Source: Gemmatimonadota bacterium (GTDB lineage: Bacteria; Gemmatimonadota; Gemmatimonadetes; Gemmatimonadales; Gemmatimonadaceae). From it: a DNA stretch of 64,000 nucleotides. Shown one piece after another: positions 7,766 through 17,102 of the stretch (positions are counted from its first letter, which is position 1; each line of letters starts with the position of its first letter). The DNA lies in contig JANMLN010000151.1 in assembly GCA_031372565.1 (NCBI GenBank), positions 1-64,000 of the forward strand. The letters are read 5' to 3'. The notes beneath the pieces were generated by a model that searched no databases, had not been told where the DNA came from, and was given only the letters and a program-made list of their open reading frames with translations. Position numbers and translations under genes: made by a program.

Positions 7766-9055
7766 CTACAGCCTGGCGAATGGCTGCTCGAGACTCGGAC
7801 TCGGCGGCGTCAGCAACTCGGCGCCGTTCTCCGTGATCACCATGTCGTCCTCGAGTCGCACGCCGAACTCGCCGGGGATATAGATGCCCGGCTCGTCGGA
7901 GAAGACCATGCCCGGTTCGAGCAGCCGCGTGTTGCCACGCACGAGGTACGGCCACTCGTGGCCGTCCATGCCCATGCCATGCCCAACGCGGTGGAGGAAG
8001 TACTTGTAGTCGGGGCCGTACCCAGCGTCGGTCACGACCTTGCGGGCCGCGGCGTCGACGGCTTCGCAGGCGACGCCAGGGCGCGCGGCCTTGAGCGCTG
8101 CGGCCTGCGCGCGGTACACGATGTCGAACACGTCCTTCATCTTCTGCGTCGGCTTGCCGAGCACGAAGGTGCGCGAGATATCGGAGGTGTAGCCCTCCAC
8201 GCGGCAGCCGCCGTCCATGAGCAGGATGCTGCCTTCGCGCACAACCTGCGGTGTGACCGATCCGTGCGGTAGCGCGGCGTACTTGCCCACCTGCACGCCG
8301 GCGCTGCCCGCGAAGCCGAGCTGCGTATGTGCGGCGCTCACGAGCTTCGCGAAGTCGTCTTGCGTCATCCCTTCCTTGAGCGACTTCCAGGCGGCCTCGT
8401 ACGCCATGTGCGTGACCTTGGAGGCGAGGCGCATGAGCTGCACTTCGTGCGCGTCCTTGGTCATGCGACAACCAGCCGTGACCGGCGTTGCGCTCACGAC
8501 GGTGATGCCGGGCAGGTGCGCGGTTCCGTCGGCGAAGACAAAGCGCACCGTCTCCTCTGCACCGACCGTGGCGGTCGAGAGTCCGCGCGCGCGCAGCCCC
8601 TTGGCGATCAGCTCCCACGGGCTCTCGTGCTCCTCCCAGGCGAGCACCTCGGCGTCGGTGCCGAGCGGCCCCTGCCGAGCCTGCTCCATCGCACGCTCTT
8701 CCTCGAACTTGGGGGTGACGAGGAACGGGGTGCCGGATGCGGGGATGAGGGTCGCCAGCATCCGCTCGGAGAGACCCCAGCGGATGCCCGTGAAGTATTC
8801 CATCGACGTGCCGCCGTTGAGCATCAGCACGTCGATGTTGTTGGCCTTCATCAGGCGGCGTGCCTTCTCGATGCGGGCGCGGCGCTCGTCGTTGGTGATC
8901 GGCTTGGCCAGCGCGCGCTGCGACTTGAGCGCCTTGATCGCGGGCGGGAGGCTGTCGCGCCCACCCTGCTGGGCGGGCAGGGCGTCGGGCCGAAGCGCGA
9001 GCGCAGCGGCGGTCGCGGCTGCGGAGGTGCCGAGGAAGGAACGACGGGACGACAT
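7766..9055 (-). CDS. Xaa-Pro peptidase (M24B), Tat-exported
   Basis: SRRSFL Tat motif; DGG, SDISRT, HRVGHGMG, EPGIY, GVRLED. Confidence 0.92.
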   Translation of the reverse strand: MSSRRSFLGTSAAATAAALALRPDALPAQQGGRDSLPPAIKALKSQRALAKPITNDERRARIEKARRLMKANNIDVLMLNGGTSMEYFTGIRWGLSERMLATLIPASGTPFLVTPKFEEERAMEQARQGPLGTDAEVLAWEEHESPWELIAKGLRARGLSTATVGAEETVRFVFADGTAHLPGITVVSATPVTAGCRMTKDAHEVQLMRLASKVTHMAYEAAWKSLKEGMTQDDFAKLVSAAHTQLGFAGSAGVQVGKYAALPHGSVTPQVVREGSILLMDGGCRVEGYTSDISRTFVLGKPTQKMKDVFDIVYRAQAAALKAARPGVACEAVDAAARKVVTDAGYGPDYKYFLHRVGHGMGMDGHEWPYLVRGNTRLLEPGMVFSDEPGIYIPGEFGVRLEDDMVITENGAELLTPPSPSLEQPFARL

Positions 9056-9203
9056 GTGCTGGCCTCTTGGAGCGAAACGGTGGAGCGGGAATCTCCCCCA
9101 TGGCGACGGACGCGGCTAGGGGTCGAGCGAGGCGCTGCGCGATCGGCGCTTGTGCCCAGTATCGGCTCGTCGCACTTTGGCAGCTCACCTCGTGAGCAGC
9201 CGC

Positions 9204-11207
9204 ATGACATATCGCATCACGCGTCGCATGACCGTCCGCGCCATTGGCGTTCTGGGCCTCTCGTTCGTGGTCAGCTGTGGTCGCGCCTCTGCGCCGCCTG
9301 CAGAGGGGGCCGACGCCGACGGTTTCTCGACGCCAACGACGATCACGGCCGCGCTCAACGGCAAAGCCCGCGAGGTGTCAGGGCGAGACGAGCCACAGGA
9401 TCGCGCCGACGCGACGCGTGGACGCATTGCCTCGGCCGACACGCTCCGCGTGCCGTCCCGGAGCGGTCCGTTGCTCTGGGATGCGCCGTCGTTCGCCTTC
9501 CTCAAGGGCGACGCGCCCGCCTCGGTGCATCCCGGTCTCTGGCGCCATGCGCAACTCAACAGCATGCGCGGGCTATTCAAGGTGACCGAGGGGGTCTGGC
9601 AGCTGCGTGGCTTCGACCTGGCTAACCTGACGCTCATCGAGGGCAAGACCGGATGGATCGTCGTCGATCCGCTCACGAGCACCGAGACGGCGCGTGCCGC
9701 GATGGCGTTTGCTGCGGCGCACTTCGGCGCGCGTAGCGTATCCGCCGTGATCTTCACGCACAGTCACGTCGATCACTTCGGCGGCGTGCTCGGTGTCGTG
9801 AGCGCGGCCGAGGCCCGTGCACGCCAGCTCCCCGTAGTCGCGCCTGCAGGCTTCCTCGAGGAAGCCACGAGCGAGAACGTGCTGGTGGGGAATGCGATGG
9901 CTCGACGCGCGATGTTCCAGTTCGGCAATGGGCTGCCGCGGTCGGCGCGTGGCACCATCGATGCCGGCATCGGACAGGCGGTGTCGGCCGGTACGGTCGG
10001 CGTGCTCGCGCCGACCGTGCTGATCACGCGCACGCCGCAGGAAGTCACGCTCGACGGCGTGCGCTTCACCTTCATGAACACCCCCGCGAGCGAGGCGCCG
10101 GCCGAGCTGATGTTCTACCTGCCGGAGCAGAAGGCGTTCTGCAGCGCGGAGCTGGTGACGCGCAGCATGCACAACCTGTACACGCTTCGCGGCGCCAAGG
10201 TACGGGATGCGCTCAAGTGGGCGGGGTACATCGACGACGCGCTCGATCGCTTTCCGGGTGCGGACGTGCTCTTCAGCGTGCACGGGTGGCCGGCGTGGGG
10301 GCGCGACACGGTCCGGCAGCTGATGGCGAACCAGCGTGACGTGTACCGTTCGATTCACGACCAGTCGGTGCGGCTCATCAATGCGGGCAATACCCCGGGC
10401 GAAGTGGCGGCACAGGCGCAGCTGCCGGCCGCGCTCGAGGCTGACGTCCGGTCACGCGGCTACTACGGAACGCTGAAGCAGAACAGTCGCGCGATCTACC
10501 AGCACTACATCGGCTGGTATGACGGTGTGCCCGCGCATCTCGACCCGCTCCCGCCGACCGAGGCGGCCACGCGGTACGTGGCGCTCATGGGTGGCGCGGA
10601 GCAGATCGTGACGGCCGCGCGCGGGGCGTTCGACAAGGGCGAGTATCGCTGGACGGCCGAGCTGCTGACGCACGTCGTGTTCGCGGAGCCCGGTCATGCG
10701 GGCGCGCGCGCCCTGCTGGCGCAGGCGTACGATCAGCTGGGGTATCAGTCGGAGTCGGCCGTGTGGCGCAACGAGTACCTGTCCGGCGCGTACGAGCTTC
10801 GGCACGGGAGCCCGACGCGTGGCATCGATCGCGCCCGGTTGAGCGACATGCTGAACGAGACGCCGGTCGAGCGATTTCTCGAAGCGATGGCTGGTAACCT
10901 GAACGGCGCGAAGGCGGCGGATGCCGACCTCACGATCAACCTTGTCTTCCGCGACGTGCGAGCGACGTACGTGCTCAACGTGTCGCGCGGCGTGCTGCAC
11001 TTCCGCCGAGGCGATGCGGACCCGAAGGCGACCGCGACACTGAGTCTCACGCGACCACTGTTCGTGCAGATGATGATCGGGCAGGCCGGCGCCAAGGAGC
11101 TCTTCCTTGGTCGTGACGCAACGATCACGGGGAGCAAGCTGGACGTCGTGCGCTTCTTCAGCCTGCTCGACAAGCCATCGGCCACGTTCAATATCGTCGA
11201 ACCCTAG
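9204..11207 (+). CDS. Alkyl/aryl sulfatase (SdsA1/BDS1 type, MBL fold with dimerisation and SCP2-like domains)
   Basis: THSHVDHFGG, HNLYTLRGAKVRDA, RGYYGT, IGWYDG. Lipobox-like VVSC. Confidence 0.9.
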   Translation: MTYRITRRMTVRAIGVLGLSFVVSCGRASAPPAEGADADGFSTPTTITAALNGKAREVSGRDEPQDRADATRGRIASADTLRVPSRSGPLLWDAPSFAFLKGDAPASVHPGLWRHAQLNSMRGLFKVTEGVWQLRGFDLANLTLIEGKTGWIVVDPLTSTETARAAMAFAAAHFGARSVSAVIFTHSHVDHFGGVLGVVSAAEARARQLPVVAPAGFLEEATSENVLVGNAMARRAMFQFGNGLPRSARGTIDAGIGQAVSAGTVGVLAPTVLITRTPQEVTLDGVRFTFMNTPASEAPAELMFYLPEQKAFCSAELVTRSMHNLYTLRGAKVRDALKWAGYIDDALDRFPGADVLFSVHGWPAWGRDTVRQLMANQRDVYRSIHDQSVRLINAGNTPGEVAAQAQLPAALEADVRSRGYYGTLKQNSRAIYQHYIGWYDGVPAHLDPLPPTEAATRYVALMGGAEQIVTAARGAFDKGEYRWTAELLTHVVFAEPGHAGARALLAQAYDQLGYQSESAVWRNEYLSGAYELRHGSPTRGIDRARLSDMLNETPVERFLEAMAGNLNGAKAADADLTINLVFRDVRATYVLNVSRGVLHFRRGDADPKATATLSLTRPLFVQMMIGQAGAKELFLGRDATITGSKLDVVRFFSLLDKPSATFNIVEP

Positions 11208-11211
11208 CAAA

Positions 11212-11263
11212 CGTCGTCCTGAGCAAAGCTGCTGTCGTCCTGAGCAAAGCGAAGGACCTGCTT
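11212..11263 (+). repeat. REP-like palindromic element (one partial and one full copy)
   Basis: CGTCGTCCTGAGCAAAGC followed by TGTCGTCCTGAGCAAAGCGAAGGACCTGCTT. Same family as 25012-25114. Confidence 0.8.
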
Positions 11264-11295
11264 GTAGCAGTCAGCCGCCCAGGCGACATTCCCCC

Positions 11296-11739
11296 ATGCC
11301 CATCGCCCACACCCCAACCACCCCAACCCCCCGCCGCGCCTTCACGCTCATCGAACTGATGATCGTCATCGTCATCATCGGGATCCTCGCGGCCATCGCC
11401 GTGCCCAAGTTCACGAGCAACCGCGGGACCGCGTACGTCACGCAGATGAAGAGCGATCTGCGCAACCTGGCCACGGCCCAGGAAGGGTATTACCAGGATT
11501 GGCAGGTGTACGCATCGGCGAGCGCGACGAGTCTGGTCAACAAGGCGGGGGCCGTGCTCTGGACGCCGACTACCGGCACCACGCTGGTTGGCTCGGGGAC
11601 CGCAGGCAGCGCGACGGGTTGGAATGCGCAGGTGCGCCATGCGGGTTCGACGCAGAGCTGTTCGCTGTACTTCGGCACGGGCGGCACCGGCGCGTTCGCC
11701 TCGTCGGGACAGGCCGCGGGCGACGTCACCTGTTACTGA
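11296..11739 (+). CDS. Type IV pilin-like protein 1
   Basis: RRA|FTLIELMIVIVIIGILAAIAVPKF prepilin motif. C-terminal Cys pair ending GDVTCY. Confidence 0.9.
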   Translation: MPIAHTPTTPTPRRAFTLIELMIVIVIIGILAAIAVPKFTSNRGTAYVTQMKSDLRNLATAQEGYYQDWQVYASASATSLVNKAGAVLWTPTTGTTLVGSGTAGSATGWNAQVRHAGSTQSCSLYFGTGGTGAFASSGQAAGDVTCY

Positions 11740-12016
11740 GGCCCGTCGTACTCGCGTGCGCTGCGACGCATTGGTGATCCACGACGCAAAGCACGCTCCG
11801 GCGATTCGCCATGAAAGCGGCAGTTCTCGACCGTGCGCCGTCGTGCATCCGGCCCGTCGGGCGGTCCCGTGCGACAGACGTTTATCGCCCCCGTTCCCGT
11901 CGATATAGCGCCACGGTTCGGTCGCCCAGCGCCCGTGGGCGCCCGTGCCCCGCCCGGTGTTGGCATGACTGTGCAAGGGAGCAAGACCGCGTGCCGTTCG
12001 GGTTCCCGAGCGGTGT

Positions 12017-12032
12017 CGGCACGCAACGTGCA
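12017..12032 (+). promoter_or_regulatory. Putative sigma54 (-24/-12) promoter for pilin 2
   Basis: CGGCACGCAACGTGCA has GG-N10-GC spacing and is close to TGGCACGNNNNTTGCA. It lies about 90 nt upstream of the pilin ATG. Confidence 0.6.
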
Positions 12033-12124
12033 TGTCCTCCGCATGAACGCCACTGCGCACGATCTCGCGATCCCGCTCTAGATTACCAATCGCGATGCTC
12101 GCCCCCTCGCGGAGTTCCGTCTTC

Positions 12125-12538
12125 ATGCGTCGTACTGGCTTTACCCTGATCGAACTGTTGATCGTCGTGGTCATCATCGGCATTCTCGCCGCGATCGCCA
12201 TTCCGAAGTTCAGTAGCAGTCGCGAGAAGGCATGGATCACGCAGATCAAGTCGGACCTGCGCAATCTCGCAACGGCACAGGAGACGTACTTCCAGGACTA
12301 CCAGACGTACGCGACCGCGACGGTGGCGGGGCTCACGAGTGCCAGCGGACTCAGCACCTGGAAGCCGACCACCGGCACGTTCGTGATCGCCGGCGGCACG
12401 GCGGGTGGCGTCAATGGATGGAATGCCCAGATCGGCCATCCCGGCACGACGCAGACCTGCTCGCTCTGGCAGGGTTCCGCTGGCACCGGCGTCTTTCTCG
12501 GATCAGGACAGCAGGAAGGCGACGTCACCTGCTACTAG
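12125..12538 (+). CDS. Type IV pilin-like protein 2
   Basis: MRRTG|FTLIELLIVVVIIGILAAIAIPKF. GGAG upstream. Ends GDVTCY. Confidence 0.92.
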   Translation: MRRTGFTLIELLIVVVIIGILAAIAIPKFSSSREKAWITQIKSDLRNLATAQETYFQDYQTYATATVAGLTSASGLSTWKPTTGTFVIAGGTAGGVNGWNAQIGHPGTTQTCSLWQGSAGTGVFLGSGQQEGDVTCY

Positions 12539-12554
12539 CGCCGCGCGGCGGTGC

Positions 12555-13517
12555 TCAGAACCGCTGCAGGTCCTTCGCCGAAACCACCGTGCCGCGGAAC
12601 GTCGCGCGCACCTCGGCCAGCAGCTGATCGTCCGTCACGCCGAAGTGAAGTTGATGATACAGCACGAGGAGTCGCGGCCGAGCGGCCGTGGCCATGCGTC
12701 CCAGTTGCGTGGCTGAGGTGTGCGCCTGCGCGTGATAGGGCTGTCGCGACGCGGGGATGGTGCGGAAGCCCGAGTCCGAGTACACCTCGTGAATCAGCAC
12801 GTCGCACCCGTTGCACTCGCGAGCGATCGCGTCGTTCGCGCGCGCATCGCCACTCAGCACGATCGTGCGGTCCGGCGTGGTGATCCGATATCCGAACGCC
12901 TGCTTCCACTGGCTGTGCGGCACGTTGAACGCGCGCACCGTCACGCGCGCGTCGCGATAGATCTCCCCCTCGACGATCTCGTGCACGACCGCGCGATAGC
13001 CGTCCCGCGATGGCCCCCCCGCGCTGTTGATCCGCTCGCGGATGTCGAGGGCGTTGCCGCGTTCGATGCCGCTGGCGAGCTCCTTCGTGCCACGCGGCCC
13101 ATAGAGCGCCAAGGGCGTCGACCGCCCCTGGATCCACGGCGTGAACATCACGTCGTTGAGCCCCATGCTGTGATCAGAGTGCAGGTGAGTGAGGAAGAGC
13201 ATGCCAAGCCGTGGCGCACGCAGCGCAGGCAGCCCCTCACGCGCGGCGGCGGTGGCGCGTCGCACGATGCCGACGCCGGCGTCGAACAGGTAGGCGACCG
13301 AATCGACCACGATCGCCACGCCCGGGCCCATGCGCTCCGGATCGGGAATCGGGGTGCCGGTCCCGAGCATGACGATCGTGGTGCGGCCGGCCGACGGGGA
13401 TTGGGCGCGCGTCGACGTCGGCAGCGCGACGTCGGCGATGAGTGCCGCGAGCAGGACCCCGCGCACGCTCAACGTGCGCACAGTCGGGACGCCACGGTCC
13501 AGCACCGGTTGACGCAT
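12555..13517 (-). CDS. Secreted MBL-fold hydrolase, RNase Z/arylsulfatase-like
   Basis: MLGTGTP, FDAG, THLHSDH, SGD, HE and AHTS motifs. Start uncertain. Confidence 0.85.
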   Translation of the reverse strand: MRQPVLDRGVPTVRTLSVRGVLLAALIADVALPTSTRAQSPSAGRTTIVMLGTGTPIPDPERMGPGVAIVVDSVAYLFDAGVGIVRRATAAAREGLPALRAPRLGMLFLTHLHSDHSMGLNDVMFTPWIQGRSTPLALYGPRGTKELASGIERGNALDIRERINSAGGPSRDGYRAVVHEIVEGEIYRDARVTVRAFNVPHSQWKQAFGYRITTPDRTIVLSGDARANDAIARECNGCDVLIHEVYSDSGFRTIPASRQPYHAQAHTSATQLGRMATAARPRLLVLYHQLHFGVTDDQLLAEVRATFRGTVVSAKDLQRF

Positions 13518-13524
13518 CTGACGA

Positions 13525-14082
13525 TCAACTCCTGGGAAGACGAAGCGGATCAGTGGCTCGCGTGTGCCAACTGCGCGTTGCATCGCGCGCGACCGTCACG
13601 CGCCACGCACTACGACAATGCTCGCCGCAGGCGCGCGCCACGATCAGCGTCGCCGCGTTCCGGTCCGCCTCGTCGCGCTTCACGGCGGTCAGCTCCACGA
13701 GTCCACTGCTGCCGGCGTACGTGTCGAACCAGCCAGCCCACGCATCGGCATGCGCGCGAAAGTGCGCGTCAAGCTCGGCGACGCCGAGTACGGTGACCGG
13801 GATGCCCATGCGCAGTGCGGTGACATCCGGCGCGCTGAGCGCGAGCGAGTCTGACGCATCATCAACCCCTGGCAGCACGCCCAGCGTGAGAGCGTCCCGG
13901 CGCGCGCCCAGGTAGATCACGAGCTGACGCGCCCCTTCACGTTCGACAAAGAGCGTCGTGAGCGCCGCGCGCTGGATGGCGGCCACGTCCGCGGGAGCAA
14001 GCGCACCAGCATTTTCATCACATGCGGCCGCGAGCAGGAAAGTCGCGCTCAGTGCGGCGCACCACGTCGAGTGCCGGCGCAG
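13525..14082 (-). CDS. Hypothetical protein, probable lipoprotein (start uncertain)
   Basis: The frame is open upstream of the called GTG (13986) and encodes LRRHSTWCAALSATFLLAAA|C. ACGEHC motif near the C-terminus. Confidence 0.6.
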   Translation of the reverse strand: MRRHSTWCAALSATFLLAAACDENAGALAPADVAAIQRAALTTLFVEREGARQLVIYLGARRDALTLGVLPGVDDASDSLALSAPDVTALRMGIPVTVLGVAELDAHFRAHADAWAGWFDTYAGSSGLVELTAVKRDEADRNAATLIVARACGEHCRSAWRVTVARDATRSWHTRATDPLRLPRS

Positions 14083-14085
14083 CGG

Positions 14086-14265
14086 TCAATCCCCCCGCGC
14101 CCCGCGCAGCTCCGCCTTCTCGCGGAAGGTGAACGAGCGTCCGCACTGCGTGCAGATGAAGTTGCCCGTGCGCTCGCCCAGATCGTACTCCTTGGCAAAC
14201 GCCGGATGTTCGCAGGGCTTGTCACCCCACTCCTGTTGCAGAACGACGGCGCGCTTGCGTTGCAC
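14086..14265 (-). CDS. Small 59-aa protein with a CxH...CxxC putative Zn site (absent from the ORF track)
   Basis: MQRKRAVVLQQEWGDKPCEHPAFAKEYDLGERTGNFICTQCGRSFTFREKAELRGARGD. Strong GGGAGGT ribosome-binding site 6 nt before the GTG. Confidence 0.8.
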   Translation of the reverse strand: MQRKRAVVLQQEWGDKPCEHPAFAKEYDLGERTGNFICTQCGRSFTFREKAELRGARGD

Positions 14266-14387
14266 GACGGTACCTCCCGAATCGACAAGACACGAGCCTG
14301 TGGTACGAGAAGGATACTGTGCGGGCGGTACTGCCGTGTCCGGCAGGTGTGCCGCAGCGCGTTTGTCTTTCGCTCAGGACGCCAGCA

Positions 14388-16034
14388 TCATGGTGCGACA
14401 AGCATCTGGCGCACGTCGTCCGGCAACACCCCCGTCAGCTCCCAGCGCAGCAGCGATGCGGGCACCAGCCCCGCCGCGTTGATCTCGTCCAGCATGGTGC
14501 GCATCCGGAACTTGTCGCCGAGCTGCGCCTTCCGCTCGGCGAACAGCCGGTCCATCTGCGTCTTGCCGGTCACGTAGGCCGTGCCGTACCCGGGTTGCCG
14601 CAGATACAGGTGCTGCTCGTGGTACACGAGGTTCCCCTTGAGACTCAGCCAACCGCGCGGCGTGTTCTCGCTGGCGTACTTCGACGCCTGCTCGATCGAG
14701 TACCCCTGTCCCTGCATCAACAGATCGCCGAGGGCGCGCGCGGCGCGTTCGGCCAACAGGATGTACACCAGTTCGCGCGAACGCGGGCTGCCATCGAACA
14801 GCCCGGTCTGCATCGCGACCTCTTCCCAACCCGTCGCGAACCCCTCGGTGCGCGTGACGAAGATGTTGTACAGCAACGCCCCACGCCGGATCGGATCGGC
14901 GTGCGGCGCGTTGACCATGAACCCCAGGTCGAACCAGTGGTAGCCGTGCGTGCGCATGACCACCGGGTCGCGGTAGTCCACTTCGGTGAAGAACTCACGC
15001 GGACCCGCCGAGTAGCGGCCGATGCGCGCGCGCAGCGCCGCATCCATCCACGGTGCCACGGTCATGATGTCCCGCCGCTTGAGCCACGCCATGTACGCGG
15101 TGACGCCCGCGCCGAAGCGCCGGGTGTGCTCCGCAGCGTTCGAGATGATCGGGAGCGGCGGCCGCGCCGCGTTGTGCGCTTCCTCGAACGCCATCGCCGA
15201 CTGCGAGCGTGCCAACTCGCGCTCCATGAGCTGCATCACGTCCCGGTAGGACATCGGCAGCAGCTGCACGTGCCGCAGATACCAGTCGTAGTTCGCAATG
15301 CCGATCCCCGAGGGCCCGGTCCGCTTGGCCGACTCCGCCTCCACCCACTGCGCGAACTCGGTCGTCGCCTGTTGTGCGCGGCGGACGTCTGCGGCGAGTG
15401 TGCCGGGGGCATTCGCAACACGTGGCGCGAGCGCGTCGAGCGCCTTGACCTGATCGCGGAGCGCCTTGGCCCCGTAGGTCCAGAGGTCGTGCCCGGTGCC
15501 GACCAGGTTGCGCCGCGCCTGCGCCAGCAACGCGGGCACGACGCGGATCCCCGAATCCATGCGTGCGGCTGCGGCGGCGGACAACGGCCAGCTGTTCTGC
15601 CACACTTCCACTGCGGCGTCGGCAAAGGGCCCCTCGCGCGCTGGCTGGTCACTCTGTTCGTCGAACACGGTCACGTAGAAGCTCGGATCATTGGCCCACG
15701 GCCGGAGCACGCGGTGATCGAAGTCGAGGCCGTTCATCTCGGCTCGCACGACATGCCAGTCCACCTGTTGACGCGCGCTCCAGCCCGTCGTGTCGATCGC
15801 GCGCAGCCGCTGCTGCATGGCAGGCAGCGCCCGCTGCTGCGTGGCCATCGCTCCCACGGTGTAGTCCGGCACGCCGTCGATGCGTGCCGGGCGCTGAAAG
15901 GCGCGCCATTCGGCAAAGAGCGTCGTGAGGGCGTCGAACGAGGCCGGGCGCTGGCCGTGGGCCAACGCGGGAGCGATGGTGCTGGCGGCCAGGATGAACA
16001 GAGCCGCGAACAGGGAACGGGGGGCAGGGCGCAT
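14388..16034 (-). CDS. DUF885-like secreted protein
   Basis: Signal peptide; TEGFATGWE and QPGYGTAYVTGK motifs. Confidence 0.75.
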   Translation of the reverse strand: MRPAPRSLFAALFILAASTIAPALAHGQRPASFDALTTLFAEWRAFQRPARIDGVPDYTVGAMATQQRALPAMQQRLRAIDTTGWSARQQVDWHVVRAEMNGLDFDHRVLRPWANDPSFYVTVFDEQSDQPAREGPFADAAVEVWQNSWPLSAAAAARMDSGIRVVPALLAQARRNLVGTGHDLWTYGAKALRDQVKALDALAPRVANAPGTLAADVRRAQQATTEFAQWVEAESAKRTGPSGIGIANYDWYLRHVQLLPMSYRDVMQLMERELARSQSAMAFEEAHNAARPPLPIISNAAEHTRRFGAGVTAYMAWLKRRDIMTVAPWMDAALRARIGRYSAGPREFFTEVDYRDPVVMRTHGYHWFDLGFMVNAPHADPIRRGALLYNIFVTRTEGFATGWEEVAMQTGLFDGSPRSRELVYILLAERAARALGDLLMQGQGYSIEQASKYASENTPRGWLSLKGNLVYHEQHLYLRQPGYGTAYVTGKTQMDRLFAERKAQLGDKFRMRTMLDEINAAGLVPASLLRWELTGVLPDDVRQMLVAP

Positions 16035-16160
16035 GCGACCGGGGCGGTGAAGGGATGCGCAAAGATGCCGCGCGTGAAGGTGAAGTCGCAATGAGGACCG
16101 CACTGGAAACAGCCGCGCGAGCGGCACATCTTGCAGGTCACTTCAGGGGAGCACCGCCCG

Positions 16161-17102
16161 ATGGACGGCAATATCCGCAGTCTGCATCATGTCACCGCCA
16201 CCGTGGCGGGCGCGCAGCCCGACCTCGATTTCTACGTGGGACTGCTCGGACAACGACTGGTCAAGAAGACGGTCAACTTCGACAATCCCGGCGTCTACCA
16301 CTTCTACTACGGCGACGAGCGCGGCACCCCGGGCACGATCATGACCACCTTTCCCTACGCGGGCAAGGGAGTGCGGCAAGGGGTGAAGGGAGCGGGGCAG
16401 ATCACCGTCACGTCGTTCTCGGCGCCGCAGGCATCGTTGCCCTTCTGGCGCGAGCGGTTGCGCGCGTACGGTGTGCCCTTCGTCGACCAAGGCACTGCCT
16501 TCGGTGAGGATGCGATTGCGTTCGATGATCCGTCCGGACTCGGCATCCGCCTGGTCGGTACCGATGCCGACGCGCGCGCTCCATGGACCGGCGCCGGCAT
16601 CGACGCAGCGCATGCGATCCGCGGCATTCACAGCGTGTCGCTGCTCGTGCGCGACCCCATGCGCACCTCGGCACTCCTCGCGGATCTGCTCGACGGCACC
16701 GTGGTGAACGAGACGGAGGGCGCGCTGCGTGTCGGGATCAGCGGTCAGGCGCCAGGGCAGTTGGTTGAACTCGTGCAGGCACGCGATGAAGCGCTCGGCG
16801 TCAACGGCCTCGGCACGGTACATCACGTGGCCTTTGCCGCCGCCGACGATGCCGCGCAGCTGCAGGTGCGCGCCGAGGTCGCTGCGCGTGGCATCCCCGT
16901 GACGCCCGTGCTCGATCGGCAGTACTTCCACTCGATCTACTTTCGCGAACCGAACGACGTGTTGTTCGAAGTCGCGACCAATCCGCCCGGCTTCACGGTT
17001 GACGAACCGCTTGATGCGCTCGGACTCGCCCTCAAGCTCCCGGCGCAGGAAGAGGTGCGCAGGGCGGCCATTGAACAGCTGCTTCCGCCGGTGACCTACT
17101 GA
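16161..17102 (+). CDS. Ring-cleaving dioxygenase, glyoxalase family (MhqO/PcpA-like)
   Basis: LHHVTA, LVKKTVNFDNP, YHFYYGD, GTVHHVAF, DRQYFHSIYFREP. Confidence 0.92.
   Translation: MDGNIRSLHHVTATVAGAQPDLDFYVGLLGQRLVKKTVNFDNPGVYHFYYGDERGTPGTIMTTFPYAGKGVRQGVKGAGQITVTSFSAPQASLPFWRERLRAYGVPFVDQGTAFGEDAIAFDDPSGLGIRLVGTDADARAPWTGAGIDAAHAIRGIHSVSLLVRDPMRTSALLADLLDGTVVNETEGALRVGISGQAPGQLVELVQARDEALGVNGLGTVHHVAFAAADDAAQLQVRAEVAARGIPVTPVLDRQYFHSIYFREPNDVLFEVATNPPGFTVDEPLDALGLALKLPAQEEVRRAAIEQLLPPVTY

Noticed and set aside
11740..12120. Riboswitch or ncRNA between the pilin genes
   Set aside because: I recognise no aptamer consensus. An Rfam scan would be needed to exclude one.
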